Below are positions 51,607 through 60,497 of a DNA stretch of 64,000 nucleotides, piece after piece (within the stretch, counting starts at the first letter, position 1; each line of letters begins with the position of its first letter). Under the pieces are notes generated by a model. That model saw only the letters and a list, made by a program, of their open reading frames with translations, did not search any database and was not told where the DNA came from. The position numbers were made by a program, and so were the translations under genes. Origin of the DNA: an uncultured bacterium. Its GTDB lineage: Bacteria; Babelota; Babeliae; Babelales; Babelaceae. The stretch covers positions 808,876-872,875 of the forward strand of contig CAWKFG010000004.1 in the NCBI GenBank assembly GCA_963848965.1. The letters are read 5' to 3'.

Positions 51607-51843
51607 ATCTCCCCTAACGGGGGTAAAGTTTGCCTCGCTCATGTTATAAGGCGGTATATAGTAAGAGCACTGACTTATACCCTCAATCTGTTTAACCCTT
51701 ACATTACAGAGCATGGAACTGGCAAGTATTCCATGGTGTGATCTTTAACTCTCCCTTATAACGTAGTCAAAAGCAGAGGCCTTTGACTTGAGCTGGTCAA
51801 CGTGAGCTTTTACATGCTACGCCCTTTGGGCGTGGTAGTTGAC
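51607..51843 (-). ncRNA. omegaRNA / HEARO RNA scaffold
   Basis: GTCAAC..GTTGACCAG..GACTACGTT..ACACCATGGAATACTTGCCAGTTCCATGCTCTG..TTAAACAG..CAGTG..ATAACATGAGCGAGGCAAACTTTACCCCCGTTAGGGGAG, matching HEARO conserved blocks with paired stems. Confidence 0.85.
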
Positions 51844-52090
51844 TGCTAACTCTTTACAAGTAGTAAACTGTGGATATACACAGAAAGCTTATACATTATA
51901 GTTATCACATATATAAGTAAGCGTAACCTACTTATATAATAAAAAACTCCCTTACAAGAACAAAGTAATCAATAGCTTGCTTGTAAACCTTAGATAATAC
52001 TATCTTTTTCTTTATGCTCACTTTTTAAAATATTCTATTTATCATAAAAAATCAATAAGATTTAGTAAATTGCTCTAAAAACTATAAAAA
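51844..52090 (-). repeat. Conserved upstream regulatory block, copy C (original promoter region of 49900-51360)
   Basis: Same blocks and palindrome as 44835-45095, displaced by the IscB element. Confidence 0.7.
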
Positions 52091-52242
52091 GTAAATAAAA
52101 TCAGATCTTTTACTTAAGAACTCGTACAAAGGAGTTAAAACGACATCAACTACCTTTTAAAAATTAAATTTTTATTGAATTTAAATTGAATAATAGTTTA
52201 AAATATTAAAAATAAGCTTTAAATAAAGTATAGGATTTTAAC

Positions 52243-53247
52243 ATGAATAAAATACTTTTGGCCTTATATAATTTAATAATTTTAAGTAGTTTGTGTCTTT
52301 ATGCAATGGAACAAAGCTCTTCGGATCTACAAATTATAAATAACACTAACGAGAACTTCTATATACTTCTAACCTCAGCTGATGAGCATGAGCGAGACAC
52401 TCAAATAGACACACTTGTAAGTAATATTACAGGAGATTCTAAAAAAACTTTAGGAAGAAGTTTAAAGCCTGGAGGTATTTTTAATATAACTAATTACACC
52501 TCTCAGAATTCAATCCAAGGCAACTTCCAAGATAAAGTATCAGTCAACCCCCAAGATTTAGCAATCATCAGCAACTATGCTGAAGTACAAAAAGTTCTTA
52601 ACCAACCCGGAACTAAAGTTATTACCCTACAAAAGCAGCTTAAAGCTCCTTGGTATTATGTAGGTACACCTATTACGGATTTTACTATCGATGCAAAAGC
52701 CGTTTCTACGCCACTTAAAGAACTTATTGAACTTGAGGAAGGAAAGAAAGTTACTCAACAGCCAGAATATAAAGAGGAAGCTGAGAAAGCTTTAGCACAG
52801 CTTAAGAGAGCTAGCATAGATCCTCGCATTCAAGAAGTGGCACGCGAACCTTTTATGATCGCTATTAGACAACAAGATAAAAATGCTGTAATTAGTTTTC
52901 TTCAAGCAGGCATTGATCCCAACTTTACTGATCCATCAGGACAGACTCCTCTTATAAGCGCACTAGCATCTGAAGCTTTTGATATAGCAAAGCTTCTTAT
53001 TGAAAACAATGCCGATGTTAATGTCCAAAATGAAGATAAAATGACTCCACTTATGGCTCTATTAACTACCAAAGAAACAGATCAAAGCAGAGTCAAAGAA
53101 ATAGAAACACTAGTAAGACTCCTTCTTAATAAGCACGCCGATACTAACTTGAAAAATAACTTAGGCCAAACAGCACTAGATCTGGCACGCTATAATTACT
53201 CTGATAATCCTACTCTTATAACATTACTAGAACAACATAGCAAATAG
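52243..53247 (+). CDS. Secreted protein with C-terminal ankyrin repeats
   Basis: GQTPLISA, MTPLMAL, GQTALDLA. Confidence 0.85.
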   Translation: MNKILLALYNLIILSSLCLYAMEQSSSDLQIINNTNENFYILLTSADEHERDTQIDTLVSNITGDSKKTLGRSLKPGGIFNITNYTSQNSIQGNFQDKVSVNPQDLAIISNYAEVQKVLNQPGTKVITLQKQLKAPWYYVGTPITDFTIDAKAVSTPLKELIELEEGKKVTQQPEYKEEAEKALAQLKRASIDPRIQEVAREPFMIAIRQQDKNAVISFLQAGIDPNFTDPSGQTPLISALASEAFDIAKLLIENNADVNVQNEDKMTPLMALLTTKETDQSRVKEIETLVRLLLNKHADTNLKNNLGQTALDLARYNYSDNPTLITLLEQHSK

Positions 53248-53558
53248 CTACAAATTTTTTAGGATCACAGTAAAAGAAGATTGCTTGCTTTAGAATAACG
53301 CCCTGATCATTATTTTCTCCTTACTACCCTTTGATTATTATGTACTGCAAACAATACGTAAACTCAATAACATCGAGTACAGCATACTCTAAATAAGAAT
53401 GACCCTAACGGCAATGATAGAAATAGTAAGATCTAGTATACTCTTCATATAAATAAATTTTTTATTGACTCTATTAGGACTTCATTTTACTCTGCTAATA
53501 ATCTTAATAGATCTCTTAATCTTTTCCAACAGACCTTAATGTCTAATAAGGAGTTTTC

Positions 53559-54233
53559 GTGATAAAAGTTCTATTTTTATCTTTGTTTATCCTTGTAACA
53601 ACAAATATACAAGGAATGGAGCAAGCAGTTCCAAAGGTATTTAACGCTATTCAGGAAAATTTCAGAGGGTTAGCTCACAATATGCTTTCTGAAATTGATA
53701 CTGGACTCTATGTTTTGGTAGATGATGTACTCAGAGATCACCGAAAAATTCAATCTAATAATGGAAACGTATCTACAATTTCAGCAGCTCTTCGTAACCC
53801 TAATCTCTTTATAGTAAATGAGGAACATAGCAATATAGCAGAACTTCTAAGTGAAGAAGAAATAACTGCAGTAAAAGCAAACAAATACTTCATATCAATA
53901 CTCAACCAAAAACAAAAAGAAGTACTTCTTCACCATATTCATAAATATAATCAAAACTTATTCAATGAGATAAGATCACAATTAGCATACATACATAAAG
54001 AAGATCCGGCTGTATCTCAAAAAATAACTGACACCAAAAATGTTCAAGAACTTAAAACTGTTTTAAATACTAAAGAAGTACACAAGACTCTTAAAAATCT
54101 CATGTTAACGCTTGAGGCAGAAACTGAAACACTAAAAGTGCTCAAAGAATGTCTACAAATACTTAGAAGCTTGGTTACTCGTCTTACTTACTTTGTACAA
54201 GCGGAAGAAGCCTTTACCACAACGGCTAAATAA
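53559..54233 (+). CDS. Hypothetical secreted helical protein
   Basis: AAGGAG RBS + GTG start; signal peptide ending QG-ME. Confidence 0.7.
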   Translation: MIKVLFLSLFILVTTNIQGMEQAVPKVFNAIQENFRGLAHNMLSEIDTGLYVLVDDVLRDHRKIQSNNGNVSTISAALRNPNLFIVNEEHSNIAELLSEEEITAVKANKYFISILNQKQKEVLLHHIHKYNQNLFNEIRSQLAYIHKEDPAVSQKITDTKNVQELKTVLNTKEVHKTLKNLMLTLEAETETLKVLKECLQILRSLVTRLTYFVQAEEAFTTTAK

Positions 54234-54300
54234 TTAGCATTTCAGCTATAGTAACAAAATACAGGCACATATAAATAAGACAAGCTTATTATATTTTCTT

Positions 54301-55221
54301 TTACTCAATCTTACAGCCGGCTACTTTTGAAACAGCTTCTTTTGATTGTTGAAAAGATCTTGTAGCAAAAGGAAAAAATAACTCTTCTCCTTTACCAGTA
54401 CTTAAAACAGTATAAGCACGTTGTATAAGTGCAAGAATTGCCTTTCGTTCAAGACCTTCAATATTCGCTTTTACTTCTTGCCAACCAGCAGTTAAATCAC
54501 TCTGTGCTTTGCTGAGAGACTTGCCATAAACTTCTAGCATACTTCTGTCTGCACTGCTAGGCCTAGGAAGAACTCCTAGTATGTATTCGGGTCTTATTGG
54601 CATTCCAGCTTTAAGAGCTTCGTCTGCACGTTTAAATAGACCACCCAAATAAGAGCATTTACCAAGGAAAATGTTTCCTTCTACGCTTGAATAAGGAATT
54701 GAATTAAACTCAACCCTATAAGGCGCAAGCGTAGCAATCTGAGAAGGCATATACCCTAGTAAGGCTGGCTGAGATATTACCATTTCTACACCGCCTTGAC
54801 CAATTTCCCCTTGCATCTCAGTAGCATAATCCTTTGGTCCCTTTATAACTTTAGGTATAGCTACGTACTGTCTGAATACGCCATGAGGGCTTAACACAAG
54901 ATGAGAGATATTTCTAGGATCACTAATCCAAACATACTCTTGAGGATATACTACCCTTGAAAGAGGTATGTCTTTGTCGGTCCCTTTTTCATATATATAT
55001 TCTACAACTACTGCATCATTTCTATTGTTTCTGATAAAGATCCGTTGTTGCTGAGAACCAGGTTCTAATTTGGCAAAGTATACAGATGGATCACGTGTTG
55101 GTTCTGATTCTTCTAGTTTTGTTAAGTAGGGCGTTATAGATGGCTTTTCTGGTTCCATACAATAAAGCCAAAATGGCATAGCCAAGATAGAGATGGCAAA
55201 TGAAAGAAAAGTTTTTTTCAT
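54301..55221 (-). CDS. Secreted protein family B
   Basis: IFIRNNRNDA, LSPHG, RPEYILGVLP, LIQRAYTVL. Confidence 0.8.
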   Translation of the reverse strand: MKKTFLSFAISILAMPFWLYCMEPEKPSITPYLTKLEESEPTRDPSVYFAKLEPGSQQQRIFIRNNRNDAVVVEYIYEKGTDKDIPLSRVVYPQEYVWISDPRNISHLVLSPHGVFRQYVAIPKVIKGPKDYATEMQGEIGQGGVEMVISQPALLGYMPSQIATLAPYRVEFNSIPYSSVEGNIFLGKCSYLGGLFKRADEALKAGMPIRPEYILGVLPRPSSADRSMLEVYGKSLSKAQSDLTAGWQEVKANIEGLERKAILALIQRAYTVLSTGKGEELFFPFATRSFQQSKEAVSKVAGCKIE

Positions 55222-55400
55222 GCTACTTCCTATTTTCAAGTTATAAATCAGTTATCTATAATAGCTTCTATTACTAATGTTTAAACAATAGCTCAAATGA
55301 GATATAGTAATGACCTAGAATTAATCAGCACCATATGATTCTGCCCTATACTTTTAGCGCAGGAAACATAAAATAGTATCAATTATCAGTCCTTAAGCAC

Positions 55401-56279
55401 TTAATCAATTGGATCTCTCTTACATGCAGCTTTTCTAAAAAGTTCGTTTGATTTATTAAATGCTGGATATACAGTCTTTCTAAATGCTTCTATATTATCC
55501 TTGCTAGGATCCAGTAAAGCTACAAAGGCACTACCAATAATCCCCGTTATAGCTTCTTTATTAAGTATTCCAGCACTAGGTTTATATTGAGCTTCATCCC
55601 AACCAGCCAATAAATTATTTCGAGCCATATCTAAAGAGTCTTGATAAGCTTTTGTCACTGTACCTGGCCTAGGAAGAACCCCTAAAATATACTCAGGTAG
55701 TATTTCTTCCTTTTTACTTTCTTTACTATTAAAAGCAGTACCCGCGCGTCTAAATATACTTCCAAGCCATCTGCATTTCTCAAGAGGAAGAATAGTTGCT
55801 ATGTTAATAGATTTGTAAGGCTCAACCTTAACATCATAAAAAACATATCCAGGATCTATAGTAAGCAAAGCTGCTCCTTGAGGGGAAATTTTTCCTTTAG
55901 TTTGAGCAGTATAATCCTCTGTTTGCACTTTCCCAAAAGTTACTGTTTCAGGATCTAGCAACCATCCCTTTATTTGACCGTGAGGGCTAACCTTAAGTGA
56001 AATAAGATCTCGAGGGTCATCAATCCAAATAATCTCTCCTGGGTAAACAACTCTGTGAAGAATGTTGCCTGTTTTGTCTTTCGAACTATATTGATATGTT
56101 ATAACTGCTGCAGTTGAGTTATTTTCTATAAACAGTCTTTCTTGTGTTGCGGATTCAATAGGATCTTTCCCTTTTTTTAATTCCAAATCCCCTGGCCCTT
56201 GATCGCGTGACATACAATATGATGTTGTGCCAACTAAATTTATAAGAAAAAAACTAATAAAAAACAGAAACTTTTTCAT
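55401..56279 (-). CDS. Secreted protein family B
   Basis: LFIENN, VSPHG, PEYILGVLP. Confidence 0.8.
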   Translation of the reverse strand: MKKFLFFISFFLINLVGTTSYCMSRDQGPGDLELKKGKDPIESATQERLFIENNSTAAVITYQYSSKDKTGNILHRVVYPGEIIWIDDPRDLISLKVSPHGQIKGWLLDPETVTFGKVQTEDYTAQTKGKISPQGAALLTIDPGYVFYDVKVEPYKSINIATILPLEKCRWLGSIFRRAGTAFNSKESKKEEILPEYILGVLPRPGTVTKAYQDSLDMARNNLLAGWDEAQYKPSAGILNKEAITGIIGSAFVALLDPSKDNIEAFRKTVYPAFNKSNELFRKAACKRDPID

Positions 56280-56387
56280 TTTTATCTCCTTGTATTTATT
56301 ATTATATTTTAATTATAAAAATGCATGATAGTAAAAATCAACAATCTTCTCATTTATTACTTTACAATATCTCATCTTGCATAATAA

Positions 56388-56416
56388 TTGACAGTCATTA
56401 ATTTTAATACTATTAT
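56388..56416 (+). promoter_or_regulatory. sigma70-type promoter of ankyrin family A gene
   Basis: TTGACA-17 bp-TATTAT with the shared GTCATTAAT spacer start. Confidence 0.7.
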
Positions 56417-56576
56417 TTACAAAAGACATGCTAGACTTGTTAATATATAGAATTTTAGAGCCATATTATGTTAGTACTTTACCTATCTCCTTTATAGAAA
56501 CAGCTTATATTATTCATATTTAGCATTCCGTTAAAAATATTGCTCTATTCTAAAAACAGTGTTAAAGGACAATCTA

Positions 56577-58244
56577 ATGAAAACAGTAGTCTATGTAGGA
56601 TTAATAAGTGTATTATATTTTTCTTATTCTTTAACAATGGAAAAAACACAAGAAAATAGAATTGGACAAAAACTTAAAGATACTCTTATAGTGTTATCAG
56701 GTAAAGCTTCCACTTATCTTAAAGATTATCCTAAGTACACTCCTTTAATGAAAGCTGCGGAAAAAGGCGACACAAAAACTGTTACATCACTTTTAGAAAA
56801 TGGAAAAATAGAGATTAAAGACTATCGAGAATCTTTAGAAAGAGCTACTATTAACGGACACACAGAAACAGTAGAGATACTTCTTATGGCGGCTGCTCGT
56901 GTCAATGCCAAAAATGCAGAAACCATTGCTTTACAGCTGGCTGCAAGATGTGGTCACATAAAAATAGTTGAGCTACTTTTAGATAAGGGTGCTAATATTA
57001 ATGCCAAAGATTTTTTCAAGAGCACTTCCTTAATGCTTGCTGCACAAGAAGGCCATAAGGAAGTTGTCAGCTTACTTTTAAAAAGAGGTGCTGATGTAGA
57101 TATCCAAGATAAAGATGGTTTCACAGCACTAAGGTATGCTGCAAGTGGTGGTCATAACAAGATAGTAGAAATGCTTATCGATAAAGTTACTAATATAGAG
57201 ACTAAAGATAATATAATAGGCAAGACTGTTCTAATGTATGCCGCAGGATCGTGCAGCCCTGATATTGTAGCAAAGATTTTAGCTCATGGTGCTGATGTTA
57301 ATGCTAAAAGCCGCTACGGTGACACTGCCTTAATGAGCGCTGCTATGATGGGAAATAAAGATATAGCCGCTTTGCTTTTAGACAGTGGAGCTCATATTAA
57401 TGATACGGATAAGCGTGGTAGTACTGCCTTGATAGATGCAGCGTATCACAACAACAAATTAGTTGTTGCTTTGCTTTTAGAACGAGGAGCTCTTATAGAT
57501 GCTCAAGATGAACTTGGTAAAACTGCACTCATGCACGCTGCAGAACAAAATGCTAAGGAAGCGCTAGCTTTTCTTTTGAGTAAAAACGCTGATATTAGTG
57601 TTATAGACATATTTGATAATACCGCCTTATCGTTGGCTACAAGAAGAGATAATAAAGAAGCTGTTCAATTATTAGAGCTTCATTTTCTACCAGAAGTACA
57701 GGCTTATCTTAGTAATCCCTTAGAATATGTTAGAAAAGATACCAATAGATTTGCTACTACGAGTAAAGGACAAACGTGGCTTATGGTTGCCTGCATCTTT
57801 GGCCATACTGATGTTATAGCTTTCTACAAAGATTATTCTCCTGACTATATTAATACAAAAGATCAGTATGAGCTTACCGCTTTCGATTATGCTTGTAGGT
57901 ACAATCCTGATATTCTTGCCACGCTTATTAACACTTTTGGTACAAAAATTAACCAATTAAAATCACAACAAACTTCGCTCTTTCGTACATGTATGTCATA
58001 TATTCCTTATCTTGGTGAAACAAGTCGAAAAGACGAGCTTCTTAGTTGCGCTGTAGAAAGAGGAATGCTACAACTTGTTAATGTTCTCTTAGGTATAGGA
58101 GCACAACCTACTATACAGCTTGCCCAGAAAGCACAAGAAAAGGAGTACTTAAAGATAATGCATAGGCTCCTTTTTTCTAGTCTCGCTTCCACTTCTGAAT
58201 ATAAAAAAGAGCCCTATCTTGCTCTTAGTGGCTTATTTAAATAA
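56577..58244 (+). CDS. Secreted ankyrin-repeat protein, family A
   Basis: Start MKTVV after AAGGA; ankyrin repeats; C-terminus LALSGLFK. Confidence 0.92.
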   Translation: MKTVVYVGLISVLYFSYSLTMEKTQENRIGQKLKDTLIVLSGKASTYLKDYPKYTPLMKAAEKGDTKTVTSLLENGKIEIKDYRESLERATINGHTETVEILLMAAARVNAKNAETIALQLAARCGHIKIVELLLDKGANINAKDFFKSTSLMLAAQEGHKEVVSLLLKRGADVDIQDKDGFTALRYAASGGHNKIVEMLIDKVTNIETKDNIIGKTVLMYAAGSCSPDIVAKILAHGADVNAKSRYGDTALMSAAMMGNKDIAALLLDSGAHINDTDKRGSTALIDAAYHNNKLVVALLLERGALIDAQDELGKTALMHAAEQNAKEALAFLLSKNADISVIDIFDNTALSLATRRDNKEAVQLLELHFLPEVQAYLSNPLEYVRKDTNRFATTSKGQTWLMVACIFGHTDVIAFYKDYSPDYINTKDQYELTAFDYACRYNPDILATLINTFGTKINQLKSQQTSLFRTCMSYIPYLGETSRKDELLSCAVERGMLQLVNVLLGIGAQPTIQLAQKAQEKEYLKIMHRLLFSSLASTSEYKKEPYLALSGLFK

Positions 58245-58658
58245 CTCTGATTTGATTATAGCAAGATATGTTACTTCTTGAATCTCACTTGGCATACAAA
58301 GCCCAAATGGAGCAAAATTCTTTGAAGCTTACGTATACAAGACATCAGAAGTTCTTTATTAAAAGTCCAAGCATTTGTCTATTATAATAGACATCAATTA
58401 TACTTTTTGTTAAAAACAGTTATTCAACAAATCTCATCATGTGAAGCAGTTTTCTACTATTAAGGCAGTATAGAGCTCTAAGTTCTCGAGATAAGAGATA
58501 AGGATAGCCCGAAGGATCCTATAGTAAATTCACTATCTCTTAACTAGCATATCGCATCTCTTGAATATAGAACAATCACCATGCTATAATTCAATTGCAA
58601 AAGTATTCTATTCATAATTGGACTACTTACTAACTACTAAGTCTTTCCTAAGTTTACG

Positions 58659-59015
58659 TCAATTATTAAATCGTGTCACACGTATTGTTGTATCTGTAGC
58701 TATAATAAAATTGCCCTCAATTTCATGAGAATGCTTAGAAAAAACCGCTTGTATAGCAGTTATTTTACTAGCCATACGTTCATCTACAAGACGTAGCAAA
58801 ATAACTCCTGCATGCTTTCTGTTTTGCTTAAAAATCATTTCACCAAAATCTTTATCACAAGTAATAAGAATAAGCCCTTCAGCAAAGGCCTTTTCAAGAA
58901 TTACATCATCGCTTGCTTGTGGCATTACGTGCTTAACTGCCACTACAGCATAATTATTATCTTTTAACCATTGGGCAACCGAGTTTCCAACACATTCGTC
59001 AACGAGAAACTTCAT
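58659..59015 (-). CDS. DUF5615 PIN-like toxin (Mut7-C/VapC45 type)
   Basis: MKFLVDECV, ASDDVIL, LITCDKDFG, GVILLR. Confidence 0.88.
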   Translation of the reverse strand: MKFLVDECVGNSVAQWLKDNNYAVVAVKHVMPQASDDVILEKAFAEGLILITCDKDFGEMIFKQNRKHAGVILLRLVDERMASKITAIQAVFSKHSHEIEGNFIIATDTTIRVTRFNN

Positions 59016-59017
59016 AC

Positions 59018-59275
59018 TTACTCTTTACAGCCTTCGGCAAGCAAAGGAGTAAACGTTATATCTTCAAGAGTTTCTTTGGCAAAAAGCAAACAAGCCAAAA
59101 TGTCCTTCTCTGTAAGTCGATCATATTCTTCTAAAATTTCTTTTGTTTCTATGCCTTGAGCAAGCAACCCTAAAATATGTTCAACAGTAAGACGAGTTCC
59201 CTTAACTATAGGCTTACCAAGCATTACCTGAGGATCAATAGTAATGCGTTGCAAGAGTTCATGTCTGCTTTTCAT
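59018..59275 (-). CDS. DUF433 antitoxin
   Basis: RITIDPQVMLGKPIVKGTRLTVEHIL..LAQG...EILEEY..L...DI.ACL.FA. Confidence 0.9.
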   Translation of the reverse strand: MKSRHELLQRITIDPQVMLGKPIVKGTRLTVEHILGLLAQGIETKEILEEYDRLTEKDILACLLFAKETLEDITFTPLLAEGCKE

Positions 59276-59536
59276 CAATAACTCCTAGAATACTGAAACT
59301 GGGCTTATAAACCAAACGCTTTCTAAGGATCAAAACCCATATAAGTAACTATAATATACTTACAATTTATCGTTTTATACTTTCTTAGTATATAATAAAT
59401 TTTGTATTTGTTAACTATATGTCCTGGTTCAATACATAGTGGACTTAGGGATAAACTTTAATTAGGCAAGCTTTCATTAATTATTTTTGCTTGACATATA
59501 TGCTTATTAAAAACTAAAGTTTTCTATCATCCAATT

Positions 59537-60408
59537 TTATTGAACACAGCATGATTTTTTACTTTCTCTTGCTTTCAGATCTTGAAGAAGATCTCTTAAT
59601 GAAGTAAAGGATGGGCATTTCCATAGACCGATAGTGCCATCTTTACATCCTGTAAGTAGTGTATAAGGATCTAAAACACAAAGACATTGAACTTCACTTG
59701 TATGAGAAAGAACTTGTAATGGTTTTAGGTATTCATGAGAAGCTAGATTCCATATCTTCACTGTACTGTCTAATGAGCTGCTTACTAAATAATCTTTGTC
59801 TAATAACTTCAGCGCAGTAACTGCCTTAGGATGAGCATCCCACTGCTTGATTACTGCTTCTCTTGCAAGACTAACAAGCTGAATTTTACCATTATTAAGA
59901 CCGATCGCTACTGTGTTTTCATTAAGTACTTCTATACATCTTACTGCATCCTCTACAACTATTCGCTTTATCTGTTTACCAGTTCCTCTGTCCCACAAAC
60001 GTACAGTTTTATCAACAGAGCCAGATACAATACAGTTTGGGGTTACTTGCGCAAGACATAATACTCCTTTTTCATGACCTTTAAATAATTGAGCATATTC
60101 TCCTGTCTTTATACTCCATACATGTATAATTCCATCACGTGAGCCAGAAAGAATATGATCACTATCTACTATAAGTATGCAATAGATTTCATTAGTAGCT
60201 CCTATAAAAATACGCTCTTCTCTTAAGGAGTCTTTATTCCACACGCGAATTGTTCTATCAGCAGAACCAGAAATAAAATTAAGGTTGTCTAATTGTTGCA
60301 GAGTATATATTCCTGCTGAATGGCCTCCTGAAAGAGGAGTAAGTAAAAATAGCTCATTAGAAGCAGTTTTAAATTCCCTAATTCTTGAGAAGCTTATTAA
60401 ATAGACTA
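59537..60408 (-). pseudogene. 5'-truncated WD40-repeat gene ending in CaaX (CCVQ)
   Basis: Frame continues upstream of the GTG at 60244 with another WD repeat (GHSAGIYTL..ISGSADRTIRVW) up to a stop, with no ATG or signal peptide. Confidence 0.7.
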
Positions 60409-60497
60409 GTTATATCTTCTTCTTACTAGGATTTCTTGGGCTTTTTATCAATTTATGCCATACTAAAGGAGTAAAGTTAAAGATAAAGGGGCTATGC

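Larger units (their letters stand above)
51361..51843 (-). mobile_element. Non-autonomous IscB (ISC, IS200/IS605 superfamily) element, 483 bp
   Basis: 5' end GTCAACTACCACGCCCAAAGGGCGTAG hairpin; omegaRNA; deleted iscB; 3' end GCGCTTCCTCC..CCTTAAAAGGCCCGGTTTCCGCGC..|ATGA; paralog at 44834 shows the empty-site arrangement. Confidence 0.88.

Noticed and set aside
51361..51843. Autonomous IS200/IS605 element or functional IscB nuclease
   Set aside because: No tnpA in the window, and iscB lacks PLMP, RuvC and HNH; activity would require genes in trans.
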